From Candidatus Nomurabacteria bacterium (lineage in GTDB: Bacteria; Patescibacteriota; Patescibacteriia; UBA1558; GWA2-36-10): a stretch of 64,000 bases of DNA. Positions within the stretch are counted from its first letter, which is position 1, and each line of letters opens with the position of its first letter. The translations under genes and the position numbers were made by a program. Where the stretch lies: NCBI GenBank assembly GCA_020632415.1, contig JACKFO010000002.1:23244-87243 (forward strand). Direction: 5' to 3'. This document shows, piece after piece, positions 39,413-50,914 of the stretch. A model generated the notes under the pieces. That model was given only the letters and a program-made list of their open reading frames with translations. It was not told the origin of the DNA and made no database searches.

Positions 39413-42337
39413 ATGTCATTAGACTTAAAACAACTAAATAAAGCGCAAAAACAGGCGGTTTTGCATGATCAGGGACCAGCGATGTTGATTGCTGGCGCTG
39501 GGACTGGAAAAACTACGGTAATCACCCAACGCATTGCTTGTTTGATTGAAAAAGCTAAGGCTAAGCCGGAGGATATTTTGGCCGTGACTTTTACAGAAAA
39601 AGCTGCGGGAGAAATGGAAGAGCGCGTTGATCAACTTTTACCTTTGGGTTATTCAGAATTATGGATTCATACTTTTCATGGTTTTGCTGAAAAAATTTTG
39701 AAAGATTATGCTTTGGACATTGGTTTAGCAAATGATTTTAAGTTACTTGATTCCACCGCTGCTTGGATGCTGGTGCGAAACAATTTAGAAAAATTTGATT
39801 TAGATTATTATCGTCCGCTTGGCAATCCAACTAAATTTATTCATGCTTTGCTTTCTCATTTTTCTCGTTGCAAAGATGAGGTTATTTATCCCGAGGATTA
39901 TTTAGCTTATGTAGAAAACTTACAACTTGACCAAGATTCGGCGGCTGACCGGGAAGATGTCGAAAGTGAAATCAAGAGACAAAAAGAAATCGCTAACGCT
40001 TATCATACTTATCAGCAACTTTTGCTTGATCATAGTGCTTTGGATTTTGGCGATTTGATTAATTATACGCTTAAACTTTTTCAAACTCGCCCAAAGATTT
40101 TGAAAAAATTTCGTGAACAATTTAAGTATATTTTAGTTGATGAATTTCAAGATACTAATTGGGCGCAATACGAGCTGATCAAATTACTAGCTGCTCCAAA
40201 TAATAATTTGATGGTTGTCGGAGATGATGATCAAGCGATTTATAAGTTTAGAGGAGCGGCAATTTCTAATATTTTAAGTTTTCAAAAAGATTATCCAGCT
40301 GCCGCTCAAATTTTTTTAACCGACAATTATCGCTCTGGTCAGAAAATTTTGGATACAGCTTACAATTTTATCAAAGCCAATGATCCTGATCGCTTAGAGG
40401 CGCAGCTAAAGGTTGGCAAGAAAAAATTAGATAAAAAATTAACCAGCCACAGTGAAAATGAAGGTGAAGTAAAGGTTTTATCTTTTGCTGATAAAAATTC
40501 TGAAGTAGATGGTATTTTAAATAAAATATTTTCTTTAAAGAAAAAAAACAAAGATTTAAACTGGTCTGATTTTGCTATTTTAGTTAGAGCAAATGATCAA
40601 GCGGCGCCTTTTGTTAGCATGCTTAGAAAAGTTGGCTGGCCACATCAGTTTTTGGCCTCCCGTGGTTTGTATGCTCAAGATATTGTTTTGGATATTTTGG
40701 CTTATTTAAAGATGCTGGATAATTATCATGAGTCAGCTGCTTTATTTCGAATTTTAAGTTTGCCCTGTGTTAATTTAGACATTAAGACCTTGATTAATTT
40801 AAATCATTTGGCTTATAAAAAATCTTGGAGTTTGTATTATACTTTGCAGAGTTATCCAGGTCATTTGAATTTGAATTTAGCTGAACAAAGAACGATTAAT
40901 GAGCTTTTGGAACTAATCAAAAAACATACGGAAATTGTCAAAACAAAATCAGTTTCTCAGATTATTTATATTTGGCTGGAAGAAAGCGGATATTTAAAAT
41001 TATTGACTTTAGAGGACAGTGTTTACAGCCGTGAGCAGTTGCATTTTTTAAATCAGTTTTTTAAAAAAGTTCGTTCTTGGGAAGAGGAGTCGCTGGAGCC
41101 GACAATCAAGCAATTTTTGCAATCAATGGAAATGGAGCTTGAGTCCGGTGAACAAGGCGCCTTAAAACAAGATCAAGAAGCCGGGCCTGATGCGATCAAA
41201 ATTATGACAGTTCATGGCTCAAAGGGTTTGGAGTTCAAGTATGTTTTTATTACAAATTTAGTTCATTTACGTTTTCCAAGTACCGAGCGTCGTGATCCAA
41301 TTGAAATTCCAGAAAATTTTATCAAAGAAATTTTGCCGAGTGGTGACGCACATTTGCAGGAAGAAAGACGCTTATTTTATGTAGCTTTGACTCGCGCTAA
41401 AGAAGCTGTTTATTTAACTTATGCCAAAGATTACGGCGGAACGCGTGAGCGTAAGCCTTCTCGTTTTATTGAAGAAATAAAAATTGCCGCTCAAGATATC
41501 GCAGCTAAAGAAATCAAAGAGCCACCGACAGTTGATCAGAACATTGAGAAAGTAAAAAATGTTATTCCAAAAAGTTTTTCTTTTTCTCAGCTCAAGGCTT
41601 ATGAAACTTGTCCGCGGCAATATTATTATTCTCATGTCGTCAAATTACAAAGCAAAGGAAAGGCAAGCTTTAGTTTTGGTAAAACTATGCATAGCACTTT
41701 GCAAAAGTTTTTTTCCGATATTATTTTGAGTCGTGAAAAACAGCAGGCTGATTTGTTTGGCGAAAAAGCAAAGACTCTTGAGCCAAGCTTAAAAGATTTG
41801 TTGCAATTTTATCAAGATTCTTGGATTGATGATTGGTTTGATGGAGCAGAAGAAAAAGAAAAATATCATCAAGAAGGCGAAAAAATCTTGAAAGAATTTT
41901 ATCAAAAATTTGAGGGCCACTGGCCAGTGCCTTTATTTTTGGAAAAAGGATTTAATCTTAAATTTGGTGAACATTCTTTTAAAGGTGTTTTTGATCGAGT
42001 TGATGTTGATTCTCAAGGTGATTGGGAAATAGTTGATTATAAAACTGGTAAACCAAAAAGTGAAAAAATTACTTTTGAAGATAAAAAACAATTGTTGATT
42101 TATCAGATTGCGGCAACTGAAGTTTTTAATGTTCCAGTGAAAGCTTTGACTTTTTATTATCTAAATAATAATACGCCAATATCTTTTCTTGGCACCGAAA
42201 AAGAAATCGACAAAACCAAAACTTGGATTTTAGAAACCATTGCGTCAATTTTATCTGGAGATTTTACAGCTACTCCAGGGTTTGCTTGTCAAACTTGTGA
42301 TTTTAAGCAGATTTGTCCTTTTGCCAAAAAGAATTAA
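39413..42337 (+). CDS. UvrD/PcrA-type SF1 helicase fused to a C-terminal PD-(D/E)xK nuclease with 4-Cys (Fe-S-type) cluster (AddB/Cas4-like)
   Basis: Helicase motifs I (GAGTGKTT), II (DEFQDT), VI; C-terminus C-x(n)-DRVD...EIVDYKTGK...CQTCDFKQIC. Start at the second in-frame ATG (MSLDLKQLN); the track ORF begins 27 nt earlier. Confidence 0.8.
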   Translation: MSLDLKQLNKAQKQAVLHDQGPAMLIAGAGTGKTTVITQRIACLIEKAKAKPEDILAVTFTEKAAGEMEERVDQLLPLGYSELWIHTFHGFAEKILKDYALDIGLANDFKLLDSTAAWMLVRNNLEKFDLDYYRPLGNPTKFIHALLSHFSRCKDEVIYPEDYLAYVENLQLDQDSAADREDVESEIKRQKEIANAYHTYQQLLLDHSALDFGDLINYTLKLFQTRPKILKKFREQFKYILVDEFQDTNWAQYELIKLLAAPNNNLMVVGDDDQAIYKFRGAAISNILSFQKDYPAAAQIFLTDNYRSGQKILDTAYNFIKANDPDRLEAQLKVGKKKLDKKLTSHSENEGEVKVLSFADKNSEVDGILNKIFSLKKKNKDLNWSDFAILVRANDQAAPFVSMLRKVGWPHQFLASRGLYAQDIVLDILAYLKMLDNYHESAALFRILSLPCVNLDIKTLINLNHLAYKKSWSLYYTLQSYPGHLNLNLAEQRTINELLELIKKHTEIVKTKSVSQIIYIWLEESGYLKLLTLEDSVYSREQLHFLNQFFKKVRSWEEESLEPTIKQFLQSMEMELESGEQGALKQDQEAGPDAIKIMTVHGSKGLEFKYVFITNLVHLRFPSTERRDPIEIPENFIKEILPSGDAHLQEERRLFYVALTRAKEAVYLTYAKDYGGTRERKPSRFIEEIKIAAQDIAAKEIKEPPTVDQNIEKVKNVIPKSFSFSQLKAYETCPRQYYYSHVVKLQSKGKASFSFGKTMHSTLQKFFSDIILSREKQQADLFGEKAKTLEPSLKDLLQFYQDSWIDDWFDGAEEKEKYHQEGEKILKEFYQKFEGHWPVPLFLEKGFNLKFGEHSFKGVFDRVDVDSQGDWEIVDYKTGKPKSEKITFEDKKQLLIYQIAATEVFNVPVKALTFYYLNNNTPISFLGTEKEIDKTKTWILETIASILSGDFTATPGFACQTCDFKQICPFAKKN

Positions 42338-42350
42338 TAATATCATCAAT

Positions 42351-42647
42351 ATGCCTTGGGATAGTTTTAAAGCAGTCGCTTCGGGAAGAGTCGGGAAAAA
42401 TCAGCTTTGGCAACAAGCCACGGAAGCTTTGGTTTTGGAAAAAGCCAATGCCTTGTTGCTAGAATTTTTTGGCCAAAATCTTGATCATTTAGCGCGAGCT
42501 GTTTATTTGAAAAAGAAAATTTTGACGATTGCTATTTTATCAGATCAGGTCTTAGCTGATTTGGAAATCAAGCAAAGTGAATTTATCGAAGCAATTAACC
42601 TTAGTTTTCAAACCGAAGTAGTAAGGTCGCTTTATTTTTTGAGCTAA
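42351..42647 (+). CDS. DUF721-family (DciA-like) small protein
   Basis: 98 aa with the DUF721 pattern (...ILTIAILSDQVLADLEIKQSEFIEAINL...). The track ORF 42240.. is an upstream extension overlapping the helicase. Confidence 0.5.
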   Translation: MPWDSFKAVASGRVGKNQLWQQATEALVLEKANALLLEFFGQNLDHLARAVYLKKKILTIAILSDQVLADLEIKQSEFIEAINLSFQTEVVRSLYFLS

Positions 42648-42723
42648 AATATCATAAAATCAGCCTTTTTTCTTTGAATGCCTGGGTTGATTTTTTAGGT
42701 TATTTTTAGTATATTTAATCCAT

Positions 42724-43116
42724 ATGCAATTAAAAACTTACAATTATTCTATGCTCGGTGCGACCGTGGTTGCCTGGCTGGGCTTTTTCTTGGTTATCAG
42801 CAATTTTGATCCCGATCAAGCCAATGTAGTGGTTTTCGTTTTTCTATACTTTTCTTTATTTTTAAGCATTTTAGGCACGCTTTCTTTGTTGGGATTTTTG
42901 TTACGTAAATTGTTGCAAAGAAAAAAAGAGCAGTCTTACAAAGTTGCCACTGAATCATTTCGTCAAGCTTTTATTTTTGCGACAGTAGTAGTAGTTGCTT
43001 TGATTCTACAGGCAACTCGCTTATTAAATTGGTGGAATATTTTGTTATTAATTATTTTTGCTACTTTATTGGAATTTATTATTTTAAGTTTTCGCAAAGA
43101 TTTGGAGATTAAATAG
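42724..43116 (+). CDS. hypothetical 4-TM membrane protein
   Basis: Hydrophobic helices, 130 aa. Confidence 0.5.
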   Translation: MQLKTYNYSMLGATVVAWLGFFLVISNFDPDQANVVVFVFLYFSLFLSILGTLSLLGFLLRKLLQRKKEQSYKVATESFRQAFIFATVVVVALILQATRLLNWWNILLLIIFATLLEFIILSFRKDLEIK

Positions 43117-43122
43117 AATTTT

Positions 43123-44136
43123 ATGGAAAGTAAATTAAAAAATTTAAAAGATTCAGTTTTGAAAGATTTGGCAGAAATCAAAGATAGCCAGATTTTAGCT
43201 GATCTTAAAAATAAATATTTAGGTCGCAAAGGCGAATTAAACGAACTTTTAAAGTCTTTGAAAGATTTGTCAGTTGAAGAAAAACCAAAGATCGGAAAAT
43301 TAGCCAATGAAGTAAAAGAAGAACTTGTTGTTTTGTTTTCTAAAGCCGAGAAAATTATCAGTGGAGACAAAAAAGAATCCGAAGATTTAGATTTTGATCC
43401 AACTTTACCAGGAATAAAAAAAGAGATCGGACATCTTAACCCATCTACTATTGTCCAATATGAAATTGAAGATGCTTTTTTGGCTATGGGTTTTTCGATT
43501 TACGATGGTCCACAATTAGAATCAGATTATTATAATTTTACAGCTTTAAATATCCCAGATGATCATCCGGCTCGTGATACTCAAGATACTTTTTGGTTAG
43601 AGGGTGATAATTTATTAAGAACTCATACCTCTAATTTGCAAGTTAGAATGTTAGAAAAATACGGTGCTCCGTTTAGAGGTATTTTTCCTGGACGAGTTTT
43701 TCGTTATGAAGCGACAGATGCCTCTCATGATCATACTTTTTATCAGCTAGAAGGTTTAATGGTTGATGAGGATATTAATATCGGCAATTTAATTGCGACG
43801 ATGAAAACTTTATTGTCAGCAGTTTTTAGAAGAGAAGTAGATGTGCGTTTACGTCCAGGATTTTTTCCTTTTGTTGAGCCTGGTTTCGAAATGGATATTA
43901 AATGTTTGGTTTGTTCTGGTGATGGTTGTTCGGTCTGTAAACAGTCTGGTTGGCTAGAATTGATGCCTTGCGGCATGGTTCATCCAAAAGTTTTGGAAGC
44001 TGGTGGTGTCGATTCAAAAAAATATTCTGGTTTTGCTTTTGGGCTTGGTTTGACTAGAATGACGATGATGAAATATCGAATCAATGATATTCGTTTGTTA
44101 GAGTCTGGCGATTTAAGATTTTTAAAACAGTTTTAA
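43123..44136 (+). CDS. pheS: phenylalanyl-tRNA synthetase alpha subunit
   Basis: Class II motifs (FRYEATDASHDHTFYQLEGL...GFAFGLGLTR). Confidence 0.9.
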   Translation: MESKLKNLKDSVLKDLAEIKDSQILADLKNKYLGRKGELNELLKSLKDLSVEEKPKIGKLANEVKEELVVLFSKAEKIISGDKKESEDLDFDPTLPGIKKEIGHLNPSTIVQYEIEDAFLAMGFSIYDGPQLESDYYNFTALNIPDDHPARDTQDTFWLEGDNLLRTHTSNLQVRMLEKYGAPFRGIFPGRVFRYEATDASHDHTFYQLEGLMVDEDINIGNLIATMKTLLSAVFRREVDVRLRPGFFPFVEPGFEMDIKCLVCSGDGCSVCKQSGWLELMPCGMVHPKVLEAGGVDSKKYSGFAFGLGLTRMTMMKYRINDIRLLESGDLRFLKQF

Positions 44137-44140
44137 TTAT

Positions 44141-46570
44141 ATGTATTTATCAGTTAATTGGCTTAAAAGTTGGCTAAAATTACCAAGTGATTTAAGTGCT
44201 CAAGATTTAGCGCATCAGTTAACCATGTCCACGGTAGAAGTAGAAGAGGTACTTGATCAGTCAGCAAGTCTAGCAGGTGTGGTAGTCGGAAAAATCAAAG
44301 AGCTGGCCGAACATCCTGATGCTGATCGTTTGCAAGTTTGTCAGGTTGACTTAGGTTCAAGTGTTGAGCAAATTGTTTGCGGTGGTACAAATTTAAGCAA
44401 AGGAATGTTAGTTGCTGTAGCGACAGTTGGTTCTCAAGTCAAATGGCACGGAGAAGGGGAATTAGTTACTTTAGAAAAAGTAAAAATTCGCGGTATTGAA
44501 AGCAACGGCATGATTGCTGCTTCTTCGGAAATTGGTCTGAACAATTTATTTCCAGCAAAATCTGAAAAAGAAATTTTAGACTTAAGCAGTTTTAATTTGA
44601 AAGTTGGTCAAAATTTATCTCAAGCTTTGCAGCTTAATGATTTTGTCATTGATATCGATAACAAGTCTATTAATCATCGTCCAGATCTTTGGGGGCAATA
44701 TGGCTTAGCTCGGGAAGTAGCGGCGATTTATCGTTTGAAATTAAAAGAATATCAAGTTTCAGAACTAAAAATCAAAGAAGAGGAAAAATTAAAAGTCACT
44801 GTCAAAGATAAAGATAAATGTTTTCGTTATTTAGGTTTAGTGATTAAAAATGTTAAGATCGCTCCTTCTCCTTGGTGGCTCAAGGTGCGCTTAGAGGCGG
44901 TTGGTTTAAGGCCGATTAATAATATTGTTGATGTCACTAATTATGTAATGTACGAACTTGGTCAGCCAATGCATGCTTTTGATGCGAAAATGATTGAGGG
45001 TCAAGAGATCCAAGTGCTTAGCGCTAAAAAAGGAGAAAAATTTGTGACTTTAGATGGCGTCAAAAGGCGCTTGAATGAAAATAGTTTGATGATTTCTGAT
45101 GGTAAAAAGTACGTGGCCTTAGCTGGAATTATGGGCGGTCAAAATAGTGAAATTAGCCTTGAAACAGAAAATATTATTTTAGAGTCAGCAAATTTTCAAG
45201 CTTCAAATATCAGACGTACTTCTACAGCCCTTGGTTTGAGATCAGAAAGTTCGTCTCGTTTTGAAAAATCTTTGGACCCAGAAATAGCAGAATTAGCGAT
45301 CAAAAAAGCAGCAGAATTAATTTTAGCTTTAAATGAAGAAGCTTATGTTGCGAGTCGGCTAGTTGATGTTAACAATAGTCCTTTTTCAGAAATAACTTTG
45401 AGTGTGCCAGAGGATTTGATCAATAAGCGTTTTGGTGTAGTGATTCCGACTAAAGAAATCAAAGATATCTTAGGAAGATTACAGTTTAAAGTAACTTATA
45501 AAAATAAAATTTTTGAAATCAAAGTTCCATCTTTTAGAGCAACCAAAGATATTTCTATCCCTGAAGACATTGTTGAAGAAGTAGCAAGAATTTATGGCTA
45601 CGACAATATTCAAGCTTCTTTGCCAGAGGCTAAAATTCAAACGCCACAAATTGATTTGGCGCACACCACGACCAAGGATTTGCGTTATTGGCTTAGTCTG
45701 GCGCAAGAATATACAGAGGTTTATAATTATCCATTTACCAATGTTTCTTGGGCAGAAAAGTTAGGCTTAAATTTAACTGAACATATCAAAGTTAAAAATA
45801 CAATCAGTGCTGATCAGGCTTATTTAAACTTATCTTTGTTGCCAAATTTACTTGCTAAAGCTGAAGAGAATTTTCGTTTTTTTGATGAAATAAGAATTTT
45901 TGAATTAGAAAGGGTTTTTGATAAAAATAAAAAAGGAGTTTATCATGTTGACCCTGCCAAGAAAAAATATTTACCAGCGCAAGACAAACAGATCAGCGGA
46001 GTCAAGGTGACGGTCAAAGATGAACAAGTGGCATTTTTGGAGGTCAAAGGTTTATTAGAGTCTTTGGGTGAGTATTTGGGCTTAAATTTTATTTTAGAAA
46101 AAACAACCAATAATTTTAGCAAGCTAGTTTACAACATCAAAGAGCAAGATGTTATTTTGGGGCAGTTTGGGTTATTAAAAGAATCTTTGTTTGATAGTGG
46201 TCCGACAAAAGTTCAAGTAGCCTGGTGGCAATTAAATTTTTCTAGTTTGGTAAAATATATTAATCAAAATACAAGCTATCAATCCTTAGCTAAGTTTCCT
46301 AGTGTTAATCGTGATTTGGCAATTTTAGTTGGAAAAAATGTTTTGTGGGAAGATTTAGTTAAAGAAATAGTCAAAGTCTCTCCTTTGTTAATTAATGTTG
46401 AGCCTTTTGATGTTTTTATGGGTAAAGGTGTGCCAGAAAACAAAAAATCAATTGCTTTTCATTTAGAGTTTCGTAGCCCTGAAAAGACTTTAGAATCAGA
46501 AGACGTTGAACAATTAATCAAGAAAATCTTGGATATTTTAAATAAAAAATTTCAGGCTCAAATACGTTAG
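44141..46570 (+). CDS. pheT: phenylalanyl-tRNA synthetase beta subunit
   Basis: tRNA-binding OB, B3/4, B5 and FDX-ACB domains; 809 aa. Confidence 0.9.
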   Translation: MYLSVNWLKSWLKLPSDLSAQDLAHQLTMSTVEVEEVLDQSASLAGVVVGKIKELAEHPDADRLQVCQVDLGSSVEQIVCGGTNLSKGMLVAVATVGSQVKWHGEGELVTLEKVKIRGIESNGMIAASSEIGLNNLFPAKSEKEILDLSSFNLKVGQNLSQALQLNDFVIDIDNKSINHRPDLWGQYGLAREVAAIYRLKLKEYQVSELKIKEEEKLKVTVKDKDKCFRYLGLVIKNVKIAPSPWWLKVRLEAVGLRPINNIVDVTNYVMYELGQPMHAFDAKMIEGQEIQVLSAKKGEKFVTLDGVKRRLNENSLMISDGKKYVALAGIMGGQNSEISLETENIILESANFQASNIRRTSTALGLRSESSSRFEKSLDPEIAELAIKKAAELILALNEEAYVASRLVDVNNSPFSEITLSVPEDLINKRFGVVIPTKEIKDILGRLQFKVTYKNKIFEIKVPSFRATKDISIPEDIVEEVARIYGYDNIQASLPEAKIQTPQIDLAHTTTKDLRYWLSLAQEYTEVYNYPFTNVSWAEKLGLNLTEHIKVKNTISADQAYLNLSLLPNLLAKAEENFRFFDEIRIFELERVFDKNKKGVYHVDPAKKKYLPAQDKQISGVKVTVKDEQVAFLEVKGLLESLGEYLGLNFILEKTTNNFSKLVYNIKEQDVILGQFGLLKESLFDSGPTKVQVAWWQLNFSSLVKYINQNTSYQSLAKFPSVNRDLAILVGKNVLWEDLVKEIVKVSPLLINVEPFDVFMGKGVPENKKSIAFHLEFRSPEKTLESEDVEQLIKKILDILNKKFQAQIR

Positions 46571-46643
46571 TTTTTGGCTGAAATTAGGTAAAAAAACAGG
46601 TCAATTTTGGCTTGTTTTTTTGCTCTTTTTGTGTTAAAATTAG

Positions 46644-48698
<2,055 letters not shown>

Positions 48699-48702
48699 AG
48701 AA

Positions 48703-48727
48703 AAGCCCCTGAATTGGGGCTTTTTTG
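48703..48727 (+). terminator. rho-independent terminator (gyrB)
   Basis: agcccc-tgaatt-ggggct plus T6. Confidence 0.65.
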
Positions 48728-48775
48728 GACTTTTTGTTATTTTTCTGGGCTTTTTTGAGATTTTAGCTTTTAGGC

Positions 48776-48804
48776 TTGACTAAAGATATTTTTTTTGCTA
48801 TAGT
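48776..48804 (+). promoter_or_regulatory. sigma70-like promoter of secE-nusG-rplKA (TTGACT-N17-TATAGT)
   Basis: Near-consensus hexamers; followed by a leader hairpin aacagct-N8-agctgtt at 48808-48832. Confidence 0.5.
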
Positions 48805-48860
48805 TTTGGCAAGATAACAGCTCCCTCAACAGCTGTTTTAAAATACAAAGATCAGCAAAT

Positions 48861-49040
48861 ATGAGTAAACTTATAAATTATCTCAAAGAATCAAGAACGG
48901 AGTTGGCTAAGGTTTCCTGGCCATCCAAACAAACCACCTTACAGCATACAGGAATCGTTATTGTTATTTCTTTGTTAGTTGCTATTTTTTTGGGTGGAAT
49001 TGACTTTTTGTTGAATAAAATTTTAGAGTTATTTATCTAA
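48861..49040 (+). CDS. secE: preprotein translocase subunit SecE (59 aa; absent from the ORF track)
   Basis: Single C-terminal TM helix; conserved position immediately upstream of nusG; MSKLINYLKESRTELAKVSWPSKQTTLQHTGIVIVISLLVAIFLGGIDFLLNKILELFI. Confidence 0.7.
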   Translation: MSKLINYLKESRTELAKVSWPSKQTTLQHTGIVIVISLLVAIFLGGIDFLLNKILELFI

Positions 49041-49063
49041 ATTTAAAATTATAAATATCAAAT

Positions 49064-49609
49064 ATGCCTAAGCAAACATCACAACAAGGCAGACGGTGGT
49101 ATGTATTACATACTTATTCTGGGTACGAAGAAAATGTATCGAGAAATTTGCGTCAAAGAATTGAATCCATGGATATGGAGGATAAGATTTTTGATGTTTT
49201 AATTCCAACAGAAACAAAAATCAAAATTAAAAATGGCAAGCGTAAAATGGTTAAAGAAAAAATCTTTCCAGGTTATGTTTTGGTCAATATGATTGTCACT
49301 GATGCTTCTTGGTACGTCGTACGTAACACACCAAATGTCACTGGTTTTATTGGTTCAGGAACCACTCCTTCTCCAGTTTCCGAAGAAGAAATTTCTTCTT
49401 TGCTGGATCGAATGGGTGAAGAAGAGCCAGAATACAAAGTAGACATTGAAGTTGGTGAGTCAGTGAAGATCACCGATGGTCCATTTAAAGAATACGAAGG
49501 TAAGATTTCAGAAGTTGACGAAGCTCGTGGTAAGGCCAAAGTTTTGGTTTCCATGTTTGGTCGTGAAACCCCGGTTGAGTTAGACTTTTTACAAATTAAA
49601 AAAATATAA
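49064..49609 (+). CDS. nusG: transcription termination/antitermination factor NusG
   Basis: NGN ([11 protein letters not shown]...) and KOW domains. Confidence 0.9.
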   Translation: MPKQTSQQGRRWYVLHTYSGYEENVSRNLRQRIESMDMEDKIFDVLIPTETKIKIKNGKRKMVKEKIFPGYVLVNMIVTDASWYVVRNTPNVTGFIGSGTTPSPVSEEEISSLLDRMGEEEPEYKVDIEVGESVKITDGPFKEYEGKISEVDEARGKAKVLVSMFGRETPVELDFLQIKKI

Positions 49610-49625
49610 TTGATAATAAATTTTT

Positions 49626-50051
49626 ATGGCAAAAGAAGTAAAACAGATTGTCAAATTGCAGATCCAGGCCGGCAAAGCAACTCCTGCTCCGCCAGTCGGT
49701 ACTGCTTTAGGGCCACATGGTTTGAATATTCAGGATTTTTGTAGTCAATTTAATGAGGCTTCAAAAGATAGAATGGGGGAAGTTGTTCCAGTAGAATTAT
49801 CCATCTATGAAGATCGTACTTTTAGTTTTATTTTAAAAACTGCCCCTGCTGCTGAAATGATCAAAGATAAACTTGGTTTAAAAAAAGGATCTGGTTCACC
49901 TTTGCAAATGAAAGTCGGTAAATTGACCCAAAGTCAACTAGCTGAGATTGCAGAAAAGAAAATGCCAGATTTAAACACCAATGATCTTGAGCAAGCAAAA
50001 AAAATCATCGCTGGCACTGCTCGTCAAATGGGCATTAGCATTCAAGAGTAA
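49626..50051 (+). CDS. rplK: 50S ribosomal protein L11
   Basis: ...[22 protein letters not shown]... Confidence 0.95.
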   Translation: MAKEVKQIVKLQIQAGKATPAPPVGTALGPHGLNIQDFCSQFNEASKDRMGEVVPVELSIYEDRTFSFILKTAPAAEMIKDKLGLKKGSGSPLQMKVGKLTQSQLAEIAEKKMPDLNTNDLEQAKKIIAGTARQMGISIQE

Positions 50052-50114
50052 TTAATTTTTGAGGGAGTTTATCAAAAGTCCAATAAACGTTATTACCTCG
50101 CAAATAATATAACT

Positions 50115-50798
50115 ATGAAAATAAGCAAAAGATTAAAAGAAGCAAAAGCAAAAATTGAAGCAGATAAAGTTTATGATCTTCCTGAGGCTATTGCCTTGGT
50201 TAAAGAAACTTCTAAGGTCAAATTTGATGCTTCCGTAGAGGTTCATGCTAAATTAGGCATTGATCCAAAAAAGAGCGATCAAATTATCAGAGATTCAGTA
50301 ATTTTGCCACACGGCACTGGTAAAACTGTCAGAGTAGCTGCTTTTGTTCCTACTGAACAAATCAAAGAGGCTCAAGCTGCTGGCGCTGATGTTGTTGGTG
50401 ACAATGAGCTTGTAGAAGAAATCAAAAAAACTGGAAAATGTGATTTTGATGTTGCAATTACTACTCCAGCTTTTATGAAAACCTTAGCTGTTGTTGCTCG
50501 TGTTTTGGGACAAAAAGGTTTGATGCCTAATCCAAAAACAGGGACAATTGGCGAAGATGTTTCTAAAATGATCAGTGAATTAAAAAAAGGTAAAGTCTCC
50601 TATAAAAACGACGACACCTCAAATGTTCATTTGACTATCGGCAAGGTTTCTTTTGAAAGTTCTGCTTTAGAAGAAAACTTTAAGTTATTTTTAGAAACTC
50701 TGAAGAAAAATAAACCAAGCTCTGTTAAAGGAACCTATATCAAATCTCTTACCATCAGCTCTTCTATGGGGCCCGGAGTCAGAGTAAATGTCAAATAA
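50115..50798 (+). CDS. rplA: 50S ribosomal protein L1
   Basis: 227 aa with the L1 signature; terminator at 50824-50857. Confidence 0.95.
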   Translation: MKISKRLKEAKAKIEADKVYDLPEAIALVKETSKVKFDASVEVHAKLGIDPKKSDQIIRDSVILPHGTGKTVRVAAFVPTEQIKEAQAAGADVVGDNELVEEIKKTGKCDFDVAITTPAFMKTLAVVARVLGQKGLMPNPKTGTIGEDVSKMISELKKGKVSYKNDDTSNVHLTIGKVSFESSALEENFKLFLETLKKNKPSSVKGTYIKSLTISSSMGPGVRVNVK

Positions 50799-50914
50799 TT
50801 AAATTATTATCGTTTTTGATACAAAAACCTCTCGTTGAATTCGTGAGGTTTTTTGTTTATTTGCCAGATTTAGTGGCTTATGATAGTTTAAATTAGATAA
50901 TTAATAGTAAATAT

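Noticed and set aside
42240-42350. Track ORF 42240-42647 start overlapping the helicase-nuclease 3' end
   Set aside because: The first 37 codons overlap the conserved Cys-cluster nuclease C-terminus in another frame. The in-frame ATG at 42351, just after the helicase stop, gives a DUF721-sized protein.
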